A DNA stretch of 64,000 nucleotides from Zygnema circumcarinatum SAG 698-1b. Taxonomy: Eukaryota > Plantae > Zygnematophyceae. The notes under the pieces were generated by a model. That model saw only the letters and a program-made list of their open reading frames with translations, was not told the DNA's origin and did not search any database. Below are positions 34,289-45,500 of this stretch, piece after piece (within the stretch, counting starts at the first letter, position 1; each line of letters begins with the position of its first letter). The position numbers were made by a program, and so were the translations under genes. Location of the stretch: the NCBI GenBank assembly GCA_037447605.1, contig CM074809.1:1726689-1790688 (forward strand), written 5' to 3'.

Positions 34289-37200
34289 ATGACCTTCCTG
34301 TTTGCCAAACTACGCCTGTCCGCAAGGAACAGAGCGTCTCTCACAAACACAGCCAGTCTCCGCCAACCGTTGGTCAACGCACAATCGGCGGATCCCTTGG
34401 TGAGACCCAATTGGCGGGTCCTCCTTGTGGCTGTGCTCCTGCCGGCCGTCGCTGTGGCGGAAGACGGCGGTGTGGGCCTACCGGCAGAGCTCGTGGAGGG
34501 CAACTTCAACTCTTCACTGGAGGCGGCACTCGCCCCGTGGGCGCTGGTGGAGTTCTATGCGAATTGGTGAGTGGTTTCTCCCGAGAGAGAGAGGGAGGAG
34601 GAGGAGGAGGAAATCATCGAAACTTTCTTTTCTTTGGGGACGCGAACCCAAGGAGGGCTTCGTCTGGTGGGAAAGGGTGCAGGAATAAAGAGTAGATGGT
34701 GTGGGTGCTATATAGCCATGTTAGAGAAAGCCATTTCGATGGCAGCTGCTCGTCTTACCTTCTGAACCTGCCTGCCAGTTTTACTCATAACTTATTTAGA
34801 AGATAAGACGTGGGAGCCTTTATTTAGCAACGTCTACACGTGGGGCGTGCTGCAGGTGTCCGGCCTGCCAGCACTTCAAGGTGCGCTGCGCACTTACTCT
34901 CCGCATTCGCTCTGAGCAGCTACGTTCCACAAGACACTTTTCTTGGCCCTTCTTTTCCCTCCATATTTCCCATTTCCACAGCCTGAAAGCCTGCAGTCAG
35001 TTCGCAGTTGCAGAGCAAAAGTTCCTGCAATGAAGGGTGTGCAAGAGAGGGCAGCTTGACAGCTTGATATAGCCAGTCCTCTCCTTGTTGGAAATCGCGG
35101 CGGTTGTAGGAAAAGTATAGATCAAGTATTGAGAAAAGCCGGGTACCATTCGTAAATGCATGTGGAAGAAGTGGGGAGTGCTTAGGCTGAGCAAAACAAC
35201 AAAGGCCATTACTTGTTCTCCATCTTCATTTGAGTCCAGTGATCCATGGCGGAGGGAGGATGTTGGCTTGTGGGCGGGCCTCAGCCGCATTATGAGCAAG
35301 TAGCAAAGCTGTTTATGGCCCCGGAGGCGCCATATCCGAACCTTATTTATGTTGCCAGAGTGGACTGCGCAAACCAGGTCCGTTCTCAGGACTTGGGGCT
35401 TTCAAATCGTGTTATACACTTTTCAGGATGTTATACACTTTGCACATATGTGAAGTTGATTTTCTGAAAGCATCCGTTAGTATGAGAGTAGATTAGGGCT
35501 TCATAGGAGGTGTCGTTGAAAGGTGAGGAGATACAATGGACCTCGCTATCCAAGGTGCTCTGGCCAAAGCCAACTGAAGCTCACAGAGTTTTGCTTTTTA
35601 GATTTTAGGACTAACAGGGTCTCTGTTGAAGTGACTCTTATACAGGTAAGACATGTACTCTCATATATAGTATTTTTAGTTTGTCTTTTCCCCTAATAGC
35701 ACTTGCTGTTCATCCTTCCATTGCCCTTTTCCCCAGTCGCCATCAGCATGTAGTAGCCGAGATTCATCCGAAAGTAGTTTATTCGGAAACACGATCCGCA
35801 ATCTGCATTACTCCTCCCGTTATTTTCCGGGACACATGTCGACTCTTCCCTGACTGCAGTCAGGATCGTTTAGTTCTCAAAGCTGTCTATGAATTCCAAG
35901 TGCAACCGAACGAGCATGAGACCGGCTGCGTGTGTTACCGCAGGGAGTCCTCTGCAAGCGGTTCGACGTCACCCAATACCCCACCATGTACTTTGCCCCG
36001 CCCCCCGAAATGGCCCGCGCGAGCAGGGCGGGCCCCAAGACGGTGGGCGCCATAGAGCCCGTGGAGGGAGGCTACGCGGCTGCCAGTCTCCTGCATTGGA
36101 TGGCAGAGCGACTGCAGCAGTCAGTGGCAGACCGGACCATGCCCTGCTCTGCGCTAAAGACTTGCAATGCAATGCCCATGTTGTCAGGGATGATGGTCTT
36201 CTCGCTTCAATGTGTTAACCAAGGGTTGTCAGTCATCTCGTCTCAATAGCAAACCAGAGTTTCCAGAGTTCAGCAGTCAGTGACGGATGGGAGAGAGGGC
36301 TGCGGGGGCAGACCCTTTGTACTGGACGCGGAGCGGAAGGCGGAAGGAGCGGCTGGAGGGGGGGCGGCCTTTCTGACTCGCGGCCATGTGCTTTCCTCTG
36401 CCCCATCTGCTGCTCTGCCATGGATGGGTCCCACATGGTTCTTCAAATTTGTCTTTTTTTTTTTTACATTTGGAGAAGGTTTGACAACGTGGAACTCGTG
36501 TGCTTCTCTAGTGACAGCATGGCATGCTATTTGCATTAGGCTAAAGGTCGCAGTCTGGATAATGAACGGGTGGAGGGTGGAGCAAGAGAGAGAAGGTTTG
36601 AAGTGGCAGGTGAGAGTGGGCCACAGGTGAAGGCGTCGCTGCTCGACATGGAGGAGGCCACAGTTGTCGCCTTCGACTTCATCTTCTCGTCGCTGGTCTG
36701 TACTCGCCTGCTCGTTCCTTTCTCACTCGTCAAGCAGGGGTCATGTATTGATGTGGGGGGGGGAACAGCATTCAGGGGAGTAAGACCGCCTTTGTCCCGC
36801 TGAGAAGGAGTATCAGTTAGAATGGAATCATTAAATTACTGCTTTCAATTGTAGAACTCATTTCACAAGCTCCTGCCAACTTTCAGCAGGCAGACTTCAG
36901 ATTGATTTTAAGCCAATCTGACTCATCTCATCTTTTCGTTTTTACATTTCGTGTGGATCACCCTGCCACGTGTGCACTTGCAGCTTTCTCGTCCATGCTA
37001 AGTTTTTGTTCAGTGCGTGAGTTGCAGTGCAAGGAGACTGAAAGGCGGTTGTTGGCAGTTATCTTGCTCTTTTTGACTCCTCTCCCGCTCCCTATTGTGC
37101 AGAGACTGTCCCCCCCCATGCGGCCCGCCCTTGGGAAAGTGCTCCATCTTTTCACCGCCCATCATCCCTCCCCACTGTACGCCCTTAGCCTCGCCTCCCT

Positions 37201-40200
37201 CATTTCATTTCCCCTCCCCACCTGATACTCTCATGTGCATTTGTGTTCTCTTTACATCCAACTGCTGCCTTCCCTCCTTAGAACCCATGTCCTTTTGGCA
37301 GCTTTGGCACCCCAAAAAAGCCTCCTCTCCTCCTCTCTCTCTCCTCTCTCCTCTCCTCCTCTCCTCTCCTCCTCTCTCTCTCCTCTCCTCCTCTCCTCCT
37401 CTCCTCTCCTCCTCTCTCTCCTCTCCTCCTCTCTCTCCTCTCCTCCTCTCCTCCTCTCCTCCTCTCCTCTCCTCCTCGCTCTCCTCTCCTCCTCTCCTCC
37501 TCTCATGTGACCGGACCGTGTCGGCGAGGGAGGCAGGTGCCGGCAGGGCAGCGCCGCCCTCCTCGCGTCGCTGCCCGACCTCTGGCCGCCCTCCTCCTCT
37601 CTCTCTGCCTCTCTCTCTGCGGAGGCAGAACTTGACGGAGAGCATGTGCAGGCCCTTCAGAAGCATCGCATTTGCGGCCCAAATGGGGCTCGCGGCTTCT
37701 GGGTACGGCCCTCTCTTGCTTGTGACAGAGGGATCGGTGAGGGGGGGGAGGCATGGACTGTAATGGGCTCGCTCCATGGAGATGCTTTGCACATTAAAAG
37801 CCCGTAAGGCAAGAAGAGTGGGACACACGTTGCACTGTCACAGGCATGACAACTCTCGCTCCCAAGTCTCTTGGACTCACGGTGCAGTTCACGTCCGTGG
37901 CGCTGTTGAACTGAACTGGTCATATTCTCATGCGCGTGAGAACTTTCGGCTGCAAACAATGCGGACTATGTCGAGAGTGTTGTGGTCAAATAGCGACAGA
38001 ATGTCAAAAGCGGCTCGGACGCGTTGTTCCAGCATAGTGGTGTGGCTAGCAGGGAAGGAAGGTGCTCGCAGGGTGCCACGTGGCAGTCTGACATTGGCGG
38101 TAATGGGGGAGGCTGCAGAAGGACTGCAAAGGCAGCCGCCCGGGGACACGCGGCTACAGGTGAGGTGAGAGGCCCCCGCAGGGCCCTCTTGCAACCTGCC
38201 ACCTGGCCTCTCTTCTTGTTCTTATTCTTCTTCTTATTCTTATTCTTGGTGCTGCAAATAGGCGGTCTCAACAAGTTGAAAGGCCGGCCCTGTTGCTACG
38301 CGGACCTTCGCTGTTCCCATTGTTGCAGTGATTCAAACCACCGCCACTTCCTTTTGCTGTTGTTTTCGAGCATTCTTACAGTGGAAAGCTTACATCCTGG
38401 TCCACACGAGCGCACATAGGCAACCCAACACTGCAGCACTGATGTAATTGCCGTCGGAAAATCGCTTTTAACTGCAGAAAAGTAGCAACCTGCTGTGTCC
38501 CACATTTTGGATTGTGGCAATTCCCGCAGACAATGGGCTTGGGTATTTACTGTTGATGGGACTGCTTTGCGGGAGTGCAGTTGCGGTCTGTGGGAGCTCT
38601 TTCACTCCCTCACGACTCGTCTCGATGCTGACGAGGGAGCTGTGGGGTTGGCCGCCATCCATGCCTTTGTGGAGCACTTCTTTGGATGCGGGCCGTGCCG
38701 CATGCACTTCCTGTCCATGGCGGCAAGGTGCACTCGCACTCCGCACTCTGCAAAGGCTTTTGCCCCACAACCTGCGTTTGGAAGGAAAGAACGTACTGCG
38801 TTAGGATGTGCTTCAATGGAGTTGGAGGATGTATTTCTATGGAAGGGAGCGTCCAGTAGAGAAAGCGTTTGTGTGAACGTAGATCGTTGCTGGCCTATTC
38901 TTGAAACCTGGCTTCAGGACATGGCATGCGGCAATACTACTGCGATTTTGTTTGCTTGGCATCCCGTTGTTTCTAGAACTTCAAGACCAACTCGTCACAG
39001 CCTATAATGGCTGATAGGCGATATTGAATGTCTGGCAATCATGAACTCTTCATTATGGATGTTCTTGTTGGCTGTGACTTTTGGCTGTGATGTTTTCAGC
39101 TGCTTTTTTTCTGAAGTTTTCAGTCTATTCCTGTGGGAGAGCAGGTTGGAGATGGAGGAGGTGCAGACCGGCAGGGAGGCAGTGCTTTGGCTTTGGAGAG
39201 CCCACAACGAGGTGGGCAATGTGAATCGTTTTGGCCTTTAGAAGGGCAGATAACTGCAAGGAAGAGAGGTCTACAAGGAAAGTGGATAACACATTTGGAT
39301 TTCGATTTTCAGCTCATTCAGATTGGTTGCTGCGGGCATCTTGATTTGAGTTGATACCCTCAGGATATGTATCGCCCTTTGTCGGGGTTGTTACAAAAGT
39401 CTTATAGATCGGTGACGTGCACAGTTAACCTCCTGTTTCATGTTCCCCTAAAAAGGTCGATTAGCTGGAAGAAAGCTTTCCGCTGTAGGCTGGCTGCTAC
39501 AATTAGTAGAAGGGTCTGATTGGACAGTGTTGAGGTCATGTTTGCGCTTTTTGTTCTGGGAGGCAATACGTTATGCCTGCCATTCGTTGTGTTTGTTTTG
39601 CCAATGTGGTAAAGTTGAAATTAAAACTTGTGAAATAGGGATGAACTAAGCTTACAAGAAGTCAGTACTAGCACGAGCATCTTTCTCTAAAGGGCAGGGC
39701 ACTGTCAGTACAATAGCTGCTCTTTTCTGTGATCTCCTGAAATTTTGGCTTCAAGTCAGTCGGTAGGGCCTTTTGCATGCCACGCTGTTTCTATCAATGG
39801 CCCACCTGTCTCTGATTTTATGCTACCAGGTTGATGGTACATGCGTTTTCACATATGCGTAGCTGCAATGGCATTGAAACAGAGACAGCACGATGCCAAT
39901 CAGCAACAAGCGAGTCTTTACCTCGCTGAAGCCTGACATTCTCATCCTCTTCTTGGTTCTTCTTCTTTCTCGCCTTTGTAACGTCAACTTCACTTCGGTC
40001 CAACAGGTTTGCTGCTGTCCAGCTGACTGCCTGCAGGCAATGAGGTGTTTCCCGGCTCGCAGGTGAACCGGCGGCTGGCAGAGGAGGAAGCTGCGGACGA
40101 GCAGAGGGCCGACCCGCAGTTCCCAAAGCGGCAGTGGCCCCCCCCAGAGCTTTGCCCTTCTTGTCGCGGAGACGGGTCTGGGCAGTGGGACGAAGAGCAG

Positions 40201-40446
40201 GTGCACCGCTTTCTAGTGAACCACTTTGCTCAGCCCCTTAATGAACCCCTTCCAGCGAACGCCACTGTCAGCGAGACAATTCATCGAATATCCGTTGCTA
40301 CCACAGTGGAGGAGGAGGGGAAGGAGGGGTCGCAACCCAGCACAGGCTATGTTTTTGGAGTCGCTATCGTTTTGCTTGTTCTACTTGCAATCGCGATTTT
40401 CAGTTCTCGAAGCTGTCGGCGAACACAACAACGGCGCAGAAAGTAA
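34289..40446 (+). CDS. QSOX: Quiescin-sulfhydryl oxidase (thioredoxin plus Erv/ALR domains, C-terminal TM); ~11 exons
   Basis: ALVEFYANW|CPACQHFK (Trx CxxC split by an intron at 34567/34856); VARVDCANQ; LCKRFDVTQYPT; AHHPSPL|CRQGS; RICGPNGARGFW; DCKGSRPGTRGYS|CGLWELFHSL; HFFGCGPCRMHF (Erv CxxC); AVLWLWRAHNE|VNRRL; DPQFPKRQWPPPELCPSC; TM GYVFGVAIVLLVLLAIAIF followed by a basic tail. Confidence 0.92.
37321..37503. repeat. Intronic (CTCCT/CT)n microsatellite
   Basis: ~180 nt of almost pure C/T in a QSOX intron, ending ~33 nt before the acceptor at 37535-37536. Confidence 0.9.
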
Positions 40447-41705
40447 GCAAGCAAGCATGTCTGTTCGTTGCCTTTGCACTTCCTGTTATGGTTGTCCACG
40501 CCCTTTTCTCCTCTGGTTATCCTAGAATCTGGAAACCGCCTGTGCGGAACCTTAGATTGGGAATCAAGTATTCAAGGGTAATGTCTGTACAACGCGTGGG
40601 TGAGATGAGAGAGAAAAAGCCATTTTCAGCAAAGCACGCTTGAAACAGAGCCGGTCAAAATTGCTGGGTACAGGCCCTGTCAAAGAGTGCATGAGCCGCC
40701 ATGCCTTGTTCACAATGTCTGCTGCCTCGTCGCCGTCTGAATTGATATGTCTTGCGCAGTGTTGCAGTCACTCTCTCTACCAGCCGATAGGCAGAGATGC
40801 TGATCTGGGCACCTGCTGCTGCTTGGAGCTTGGGGAGTGCTGCAGGCTGAGCAGGCGCTGGGGCCCTCTGCCACCTTGAAAGTGCGCTGCCGGCTGCCGG
40901 CTGCAACCTGCTGTGCGTGGGAGGACCACTGGAGTTCAATGTTGCACGCTCTGCGAGCGCTTCCCTCCTTCATCAAGGTTAATGGAACGGTCCGCTTTGA
41001 GAGCAGTCTGTTTCCATCCGAAACTATTTTTACGATGGCAATTGATTGATTTCAAGCGCGTACATACAGAATTCTCATTCCATGTTTGGATGTGGAATAC
41101 GTAGCATAGTTCCTGTTAGCACTCGGTACTGTACTGTTGCGATATTTGAAATTTTATTTAAAAGACTTGACTTGACTTGTGTGAAGCAAAAGTAAACACA
41201 CGCAGAATTTAGAAAGCTTCTCAAGTTTACATCGTCTACTCCTTGCTTTTTTTGGAGAAGTTCACAGCGGCTAGAGTGCCAAATTTGTTGACAAGATAGC
41301 GCACATTGACACTTCTCGGTAAATCCCTTAAGGCTGAACATTGCCCGCTAGTTCGATACGTCGTGCTCAGTCCGGTTGGACACTTTCGGATGTTTGTATG
41401 GTTCTGTTTATGCTTGTGCTTATGGTTATGTTTAAGCCTTCATGTGAGCCTTTACGTCACAAACGTCGTAGAAGTCTTTCTTTGTGAACCTTTGCATATT
41501 TTTTGTTGTATTTTGAATTGTCTTCCAGGTAGCGTGCTGTTTGAGAGAGAAGAAAATGGAGGTATTGGAAAAGCTTTGAGGAAGGGCAACATCCATGTTT
41601 CAAAAACGTGGATGGAGGCTGAAGTCACATTCAAAGCGCAAGAGTTACTGGACGAAGAATATATGAGAAGCGTTATTAAAAAGCAAGGAAAGGAATCGCA
41701 TCGAA

Positions 41706-41786
41706 CTCACGATGGCGAGGCCATCAAATGTACATGAACAAAAGCAGCATGTGGAACCACGAGGGACTGGCCGCAAAGGACCTAGG
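41706..41786 (-). repeat. Copy of the dispersed ~80 bp hairpin repeat within a degenerate repetitive segment (~41300-42120) that also has (CCTGGCGTTGTT)x3 at ~41891-41927
   Basis: Direct sequence comparison with 26335-26446 and 5324-5385. Confidence 0.7.
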
Positions 41787-42591
41787 TACAAAAGATAAAA
41801 AACGATTCAAAAAGAACTTTTTACATTTTTGTTGCTCGAAAAAAAAAAAGGTTGATTTTTATGTTCTAGGAAGACAGTTTCTGGTCGTACCTTGGCGTTG
41901 TTCCTGGCGTTGTTCCTGGCGTTGTAGTCGGCTTTGACCTCAGGTTTCCTCGCTGCGTTGCTCTTGTCTCTGTGTTCCTTGTGTTTTTTGCATGTGTTTG
42001 ACACTTCTGCGTTCTTTTTCCAGTGAATCTCCTCTTTGGTGCACTCTTCCGTGATGAATGCACCCAAATCGCTAAGACTCTGTTTTAGAAATTTTGAATG
42101 TTGCCAACGATAAGTCACAGGTATGCGTCGCTTCTCTTCTCTCTACTCTGGTTGTGAAGGCATAGCTCCTTGCATTCGCAGGCGAAAAAAATGAAGCCCA
42201 GTGGGAATAAAATTTCATGTGGACAAGGTGCGGAAAAGCAGTCATGCATTTCGAAGGCAGCTCAATCACAGCCAACGGTAAAACTGAACAAAAAATCCGT
42301 TTAAAGAACAGCACATGTATAGAAAGGAGCACTGCAAATCTCGGTGACCTCAGCTGGAGGCCTCTCTTGGTCAGCAGCTGTGCGCCCCCCATCCCCCCCC
42401 CCCCCCCACCACCACCACCTACTTATTGCAGCTGCGCTGTGTATGACCAAAATGGGATGCTACCTCTTGCCGAACGGGAGAAGGGAGGAATAAGTGGACG
42501 TCTGAACTGATGCGGAACTTGGGAGGGAACTTGTTGAGCTCTCTGCTCGGCATATTTCCCTCCCCCTCACTTCAAGCAGAGTGAAAGAAGC

Positions 42592-45500
42592 CTAGCTCCT
42601 TGGCCGCTTTCGATTGGGCGAATCCGAGCGCCGATGTTTTTCCACGTTGTTTTCACGATTCCTGCAGCCTTCCCAAATAGTTCCCAAATTTAGCCAATCC
42701 TTTGTCAACTCGCAATCCTAACAGCTAAAGCACACAAAAAGTCACTGCGACAAAATTATTCACAACATTCCTGTTGACACTATTCTCCTATTCATAGGGA
42801 CATTTAAGCATCTAGCACAGAAATAAGGAGAATATGGTAGTAACTGTCATTGTTGATGTTGGGCACTAGGACAATGCACAATCCGCAGATTCACATACAA
42901 AGGCGGGAAAGTTATGCACACGCATGCATATACATGTGCGTACACATAGAAATGCATGGGGAATTCTGATTGGAGCTCACCTGTCACAAGAAGGACAAGA
43001 GAGGTTGAAAGAACCAAATGGTGAGTATTTCTGCTGACTACGCAGGCCCGAGTGCGAGCACAGTCATCAGGCAACATGCTCCGCCCCTCTCATCCACCCA
43101 GGCTGTCCCCGCAAGAAAAAGGGGGAGAGGGGAGGAGGAGACGAGAGGGCCAAGCTCTGCGTTGCTGTGCACATAGACCTTTTCCCATCCATGGAATTTC
43201 TGACAATACTCGCGGCATGTCATTCCCAGTTAGTCTGTGCCAGTGTTCTCTGCTCATTGGTTGGAAAGAATTTCACTGTTCTGCGCCGCGCTCCCCTTAC
43301 TGACGGTAAAGCAGCAGAGGAATACCAACACTAGGGAAAGAATAGGGAGACGACTGTGGGCTTAAATTTGGGACGACTGAGGGGGATGAGATTGGATTTT
43401 GTTGAAAAGTCGATCGTGCAGGTTCAGCTCCAATCATATGGAGGGTTCGTCGGCAGCACCACCCCCAAACACACAACCAGATAACCCTCCAAATACCCCC
43501 CCACAGGCGGGACCCGTTACAGGCAGATTACTCTCCAGAAGCTTGTGGTAAACACACTACCTTGCTGACGACCTTGGCGACATGGACCGTGACCTGGAAG
43601 GACTGCGTCGATGTGACGACTTCCCTTTCCTGCTGCGCCTGCTCATGGGACAAGACAAAACTCAATCCCCACGGGGCGTACAACTAAAAAAACAATTATG
43701 TTTGGTAGCTTGTCGAGGTTGGTGTGCTCTTCACATACATAGTCCATTCCCTCCTTGACGCTCCTTTCTCTCCCGTTTTCCCGGCAATATGCACCCCATG
43801 AAGTATGACAACTGCCAATGCTTTGAAACTGATCACAGACTTCTTAATCAAGTCAACTTAGTAACCAGGCCAAGACATTCCTTTTGCGCCTTGCATTGCC
43901 TATTGAAAGACAACGTGCATGTATCCCTCACCTCCTCGTCTCGGGTGAGCTGTCAGATGGGCTCCTTGACCGCCTCCTCTGTTTCTTTCTCTCCTTCTCC
44001 CTTTTTTCATCTAAGTCTTCTACTTGCCGTCGAGAAGACTCCCGTCCCTCCCTGCCAGTCCTTTCGCTTCCCTTTTCCCTTTCTCGACTATCCAATCGAT
44101 CTTCCTCCTTGTGGTGGTCCCATTCATCCCTCCTTTTGCCTTTATCTTTCTTCCCCTTCTCTTTTTCATAATCCCTATCTCTTCTCTTGTCGAAATCCTT
44201 CTCCGACCGCTTCTCACTCCCATGTTTCCAATTTTTCTCACTTTCATCCCTGAGCTTCTCAATGTTCTCTTCTTCTGAATCATCTTCGTTTTCCTTCTCC
44301 ATTTCCTTTTTCTTTCCCTTGTATCCTCTCTCTCCTTCCACCCCGACCGCTTTGCTCCGATCTCCCTTTTCTCCCTCCCTAATTTTCCCTTTTGACCAAT
44401 CCCTGTCTCTGCCCAGGGCCTCTCTCTCTACGCCCAACCCTTCTGTGTCTTCCACCCTTACTTTCGACTTGCCACTCTCCCCTTCCTTGTCAGTAGTGGG
44501 TGCCTCCATTTCTCTTATCCTCTCCTTGAGCTTATCCCGGCTCCTTTCTGCCTTGACTCCATCCTCCTCGTTCGCCTGTCTCATCTCCCTTCCATTCTCT
44601 GTATCCCTCACTCGGCTCTTTGAAACCTCTTTTTTTTTGTCAGCCTTGTCGGTGTGTTGGCCGACTGCGACTCTCACCACAGTCTCCTTATCGCTTCCAC
44701 TATCCATCTCGTCATCATCCATTTGCTTACTTTTCCTACCTCTCTCCCTGTCCTCGTTCGATTGTCCTCCTTTGCTTCTGTCCTTCCCATGTTCTCTCCC
44801 TCTTTTCCTATCCTCCCTCTCACTGTCTTTTCCACCCCTCTTTCTGTCTCTGACCCGCTCCCTCTCCTCATCCTTGCGTTTCTCTCGCTCCCATTCTTTC
44901 TCTCGTCCCCTCTCCTCAGGCTCCTTCCGTTTTTCCTTGGAACCTCCCTCCCTTTGTCTCTCCTCTTCAATTCTCCGCTTCCTTTTCGCACCTTCCTTCT
45001 CATCCTCATCCCTCCCCGTCGTTTCTCTCTCCCTCTCCTCATCACTTTCTTTTTCTCTCTCCCACACCCTTGCCTTCTTCCCTCTTGCCTCCCTTCTGGC
45101 TTCTCTCCTTGCTTCTTCTACATTTGCATCCTTCTCTCCCTTAGCTTCCTTGACTTCTTCTATGTCATCCCTTTTCTCATCTTCGACCTTTCCCTCTCGT
45201 TTCTTCCCATCCATTTTGTGGTTTGCCTCCGTTATGCTGGCTTTCCTCTCCTCAACCATCAAATCCTCCAGAATATCACCGTCTGTCAGCTCATCTTTCA
45301 CGTGTGTTAACTTCGTTTTCGAACAGTGGACGTCGCCTCTACTCCTTTCTTTCTCTTCAACGAACTTACCTTTTTCCATGGGTAAATCTAATACCTCAAG
45401 CTTGCCTATTGAAGTCTGCATAGGTTCAACTTTGGCTTCTGGACTTGCCTTCCGTCTCATCTCCTCCACATTTTGGTCTCCAGCGGCCACACGACTTTGC

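Noticed and set aside
37205-37828. Minus-strand ORFs with EEERRRGG repeats (also 33527-34105 and 33592-33888)
   Set aside because: Translations of intronic CT microsatellites.
40640-41049. GC-rich patch with 70-94 aa ORFs on both strands after QSOX, considered as a retroelement fragment or small gene
   Set aside because: No recognisable RT/endonuclease motif and no convincing splice structure; probably QSOX 3' UTR or intergenic.
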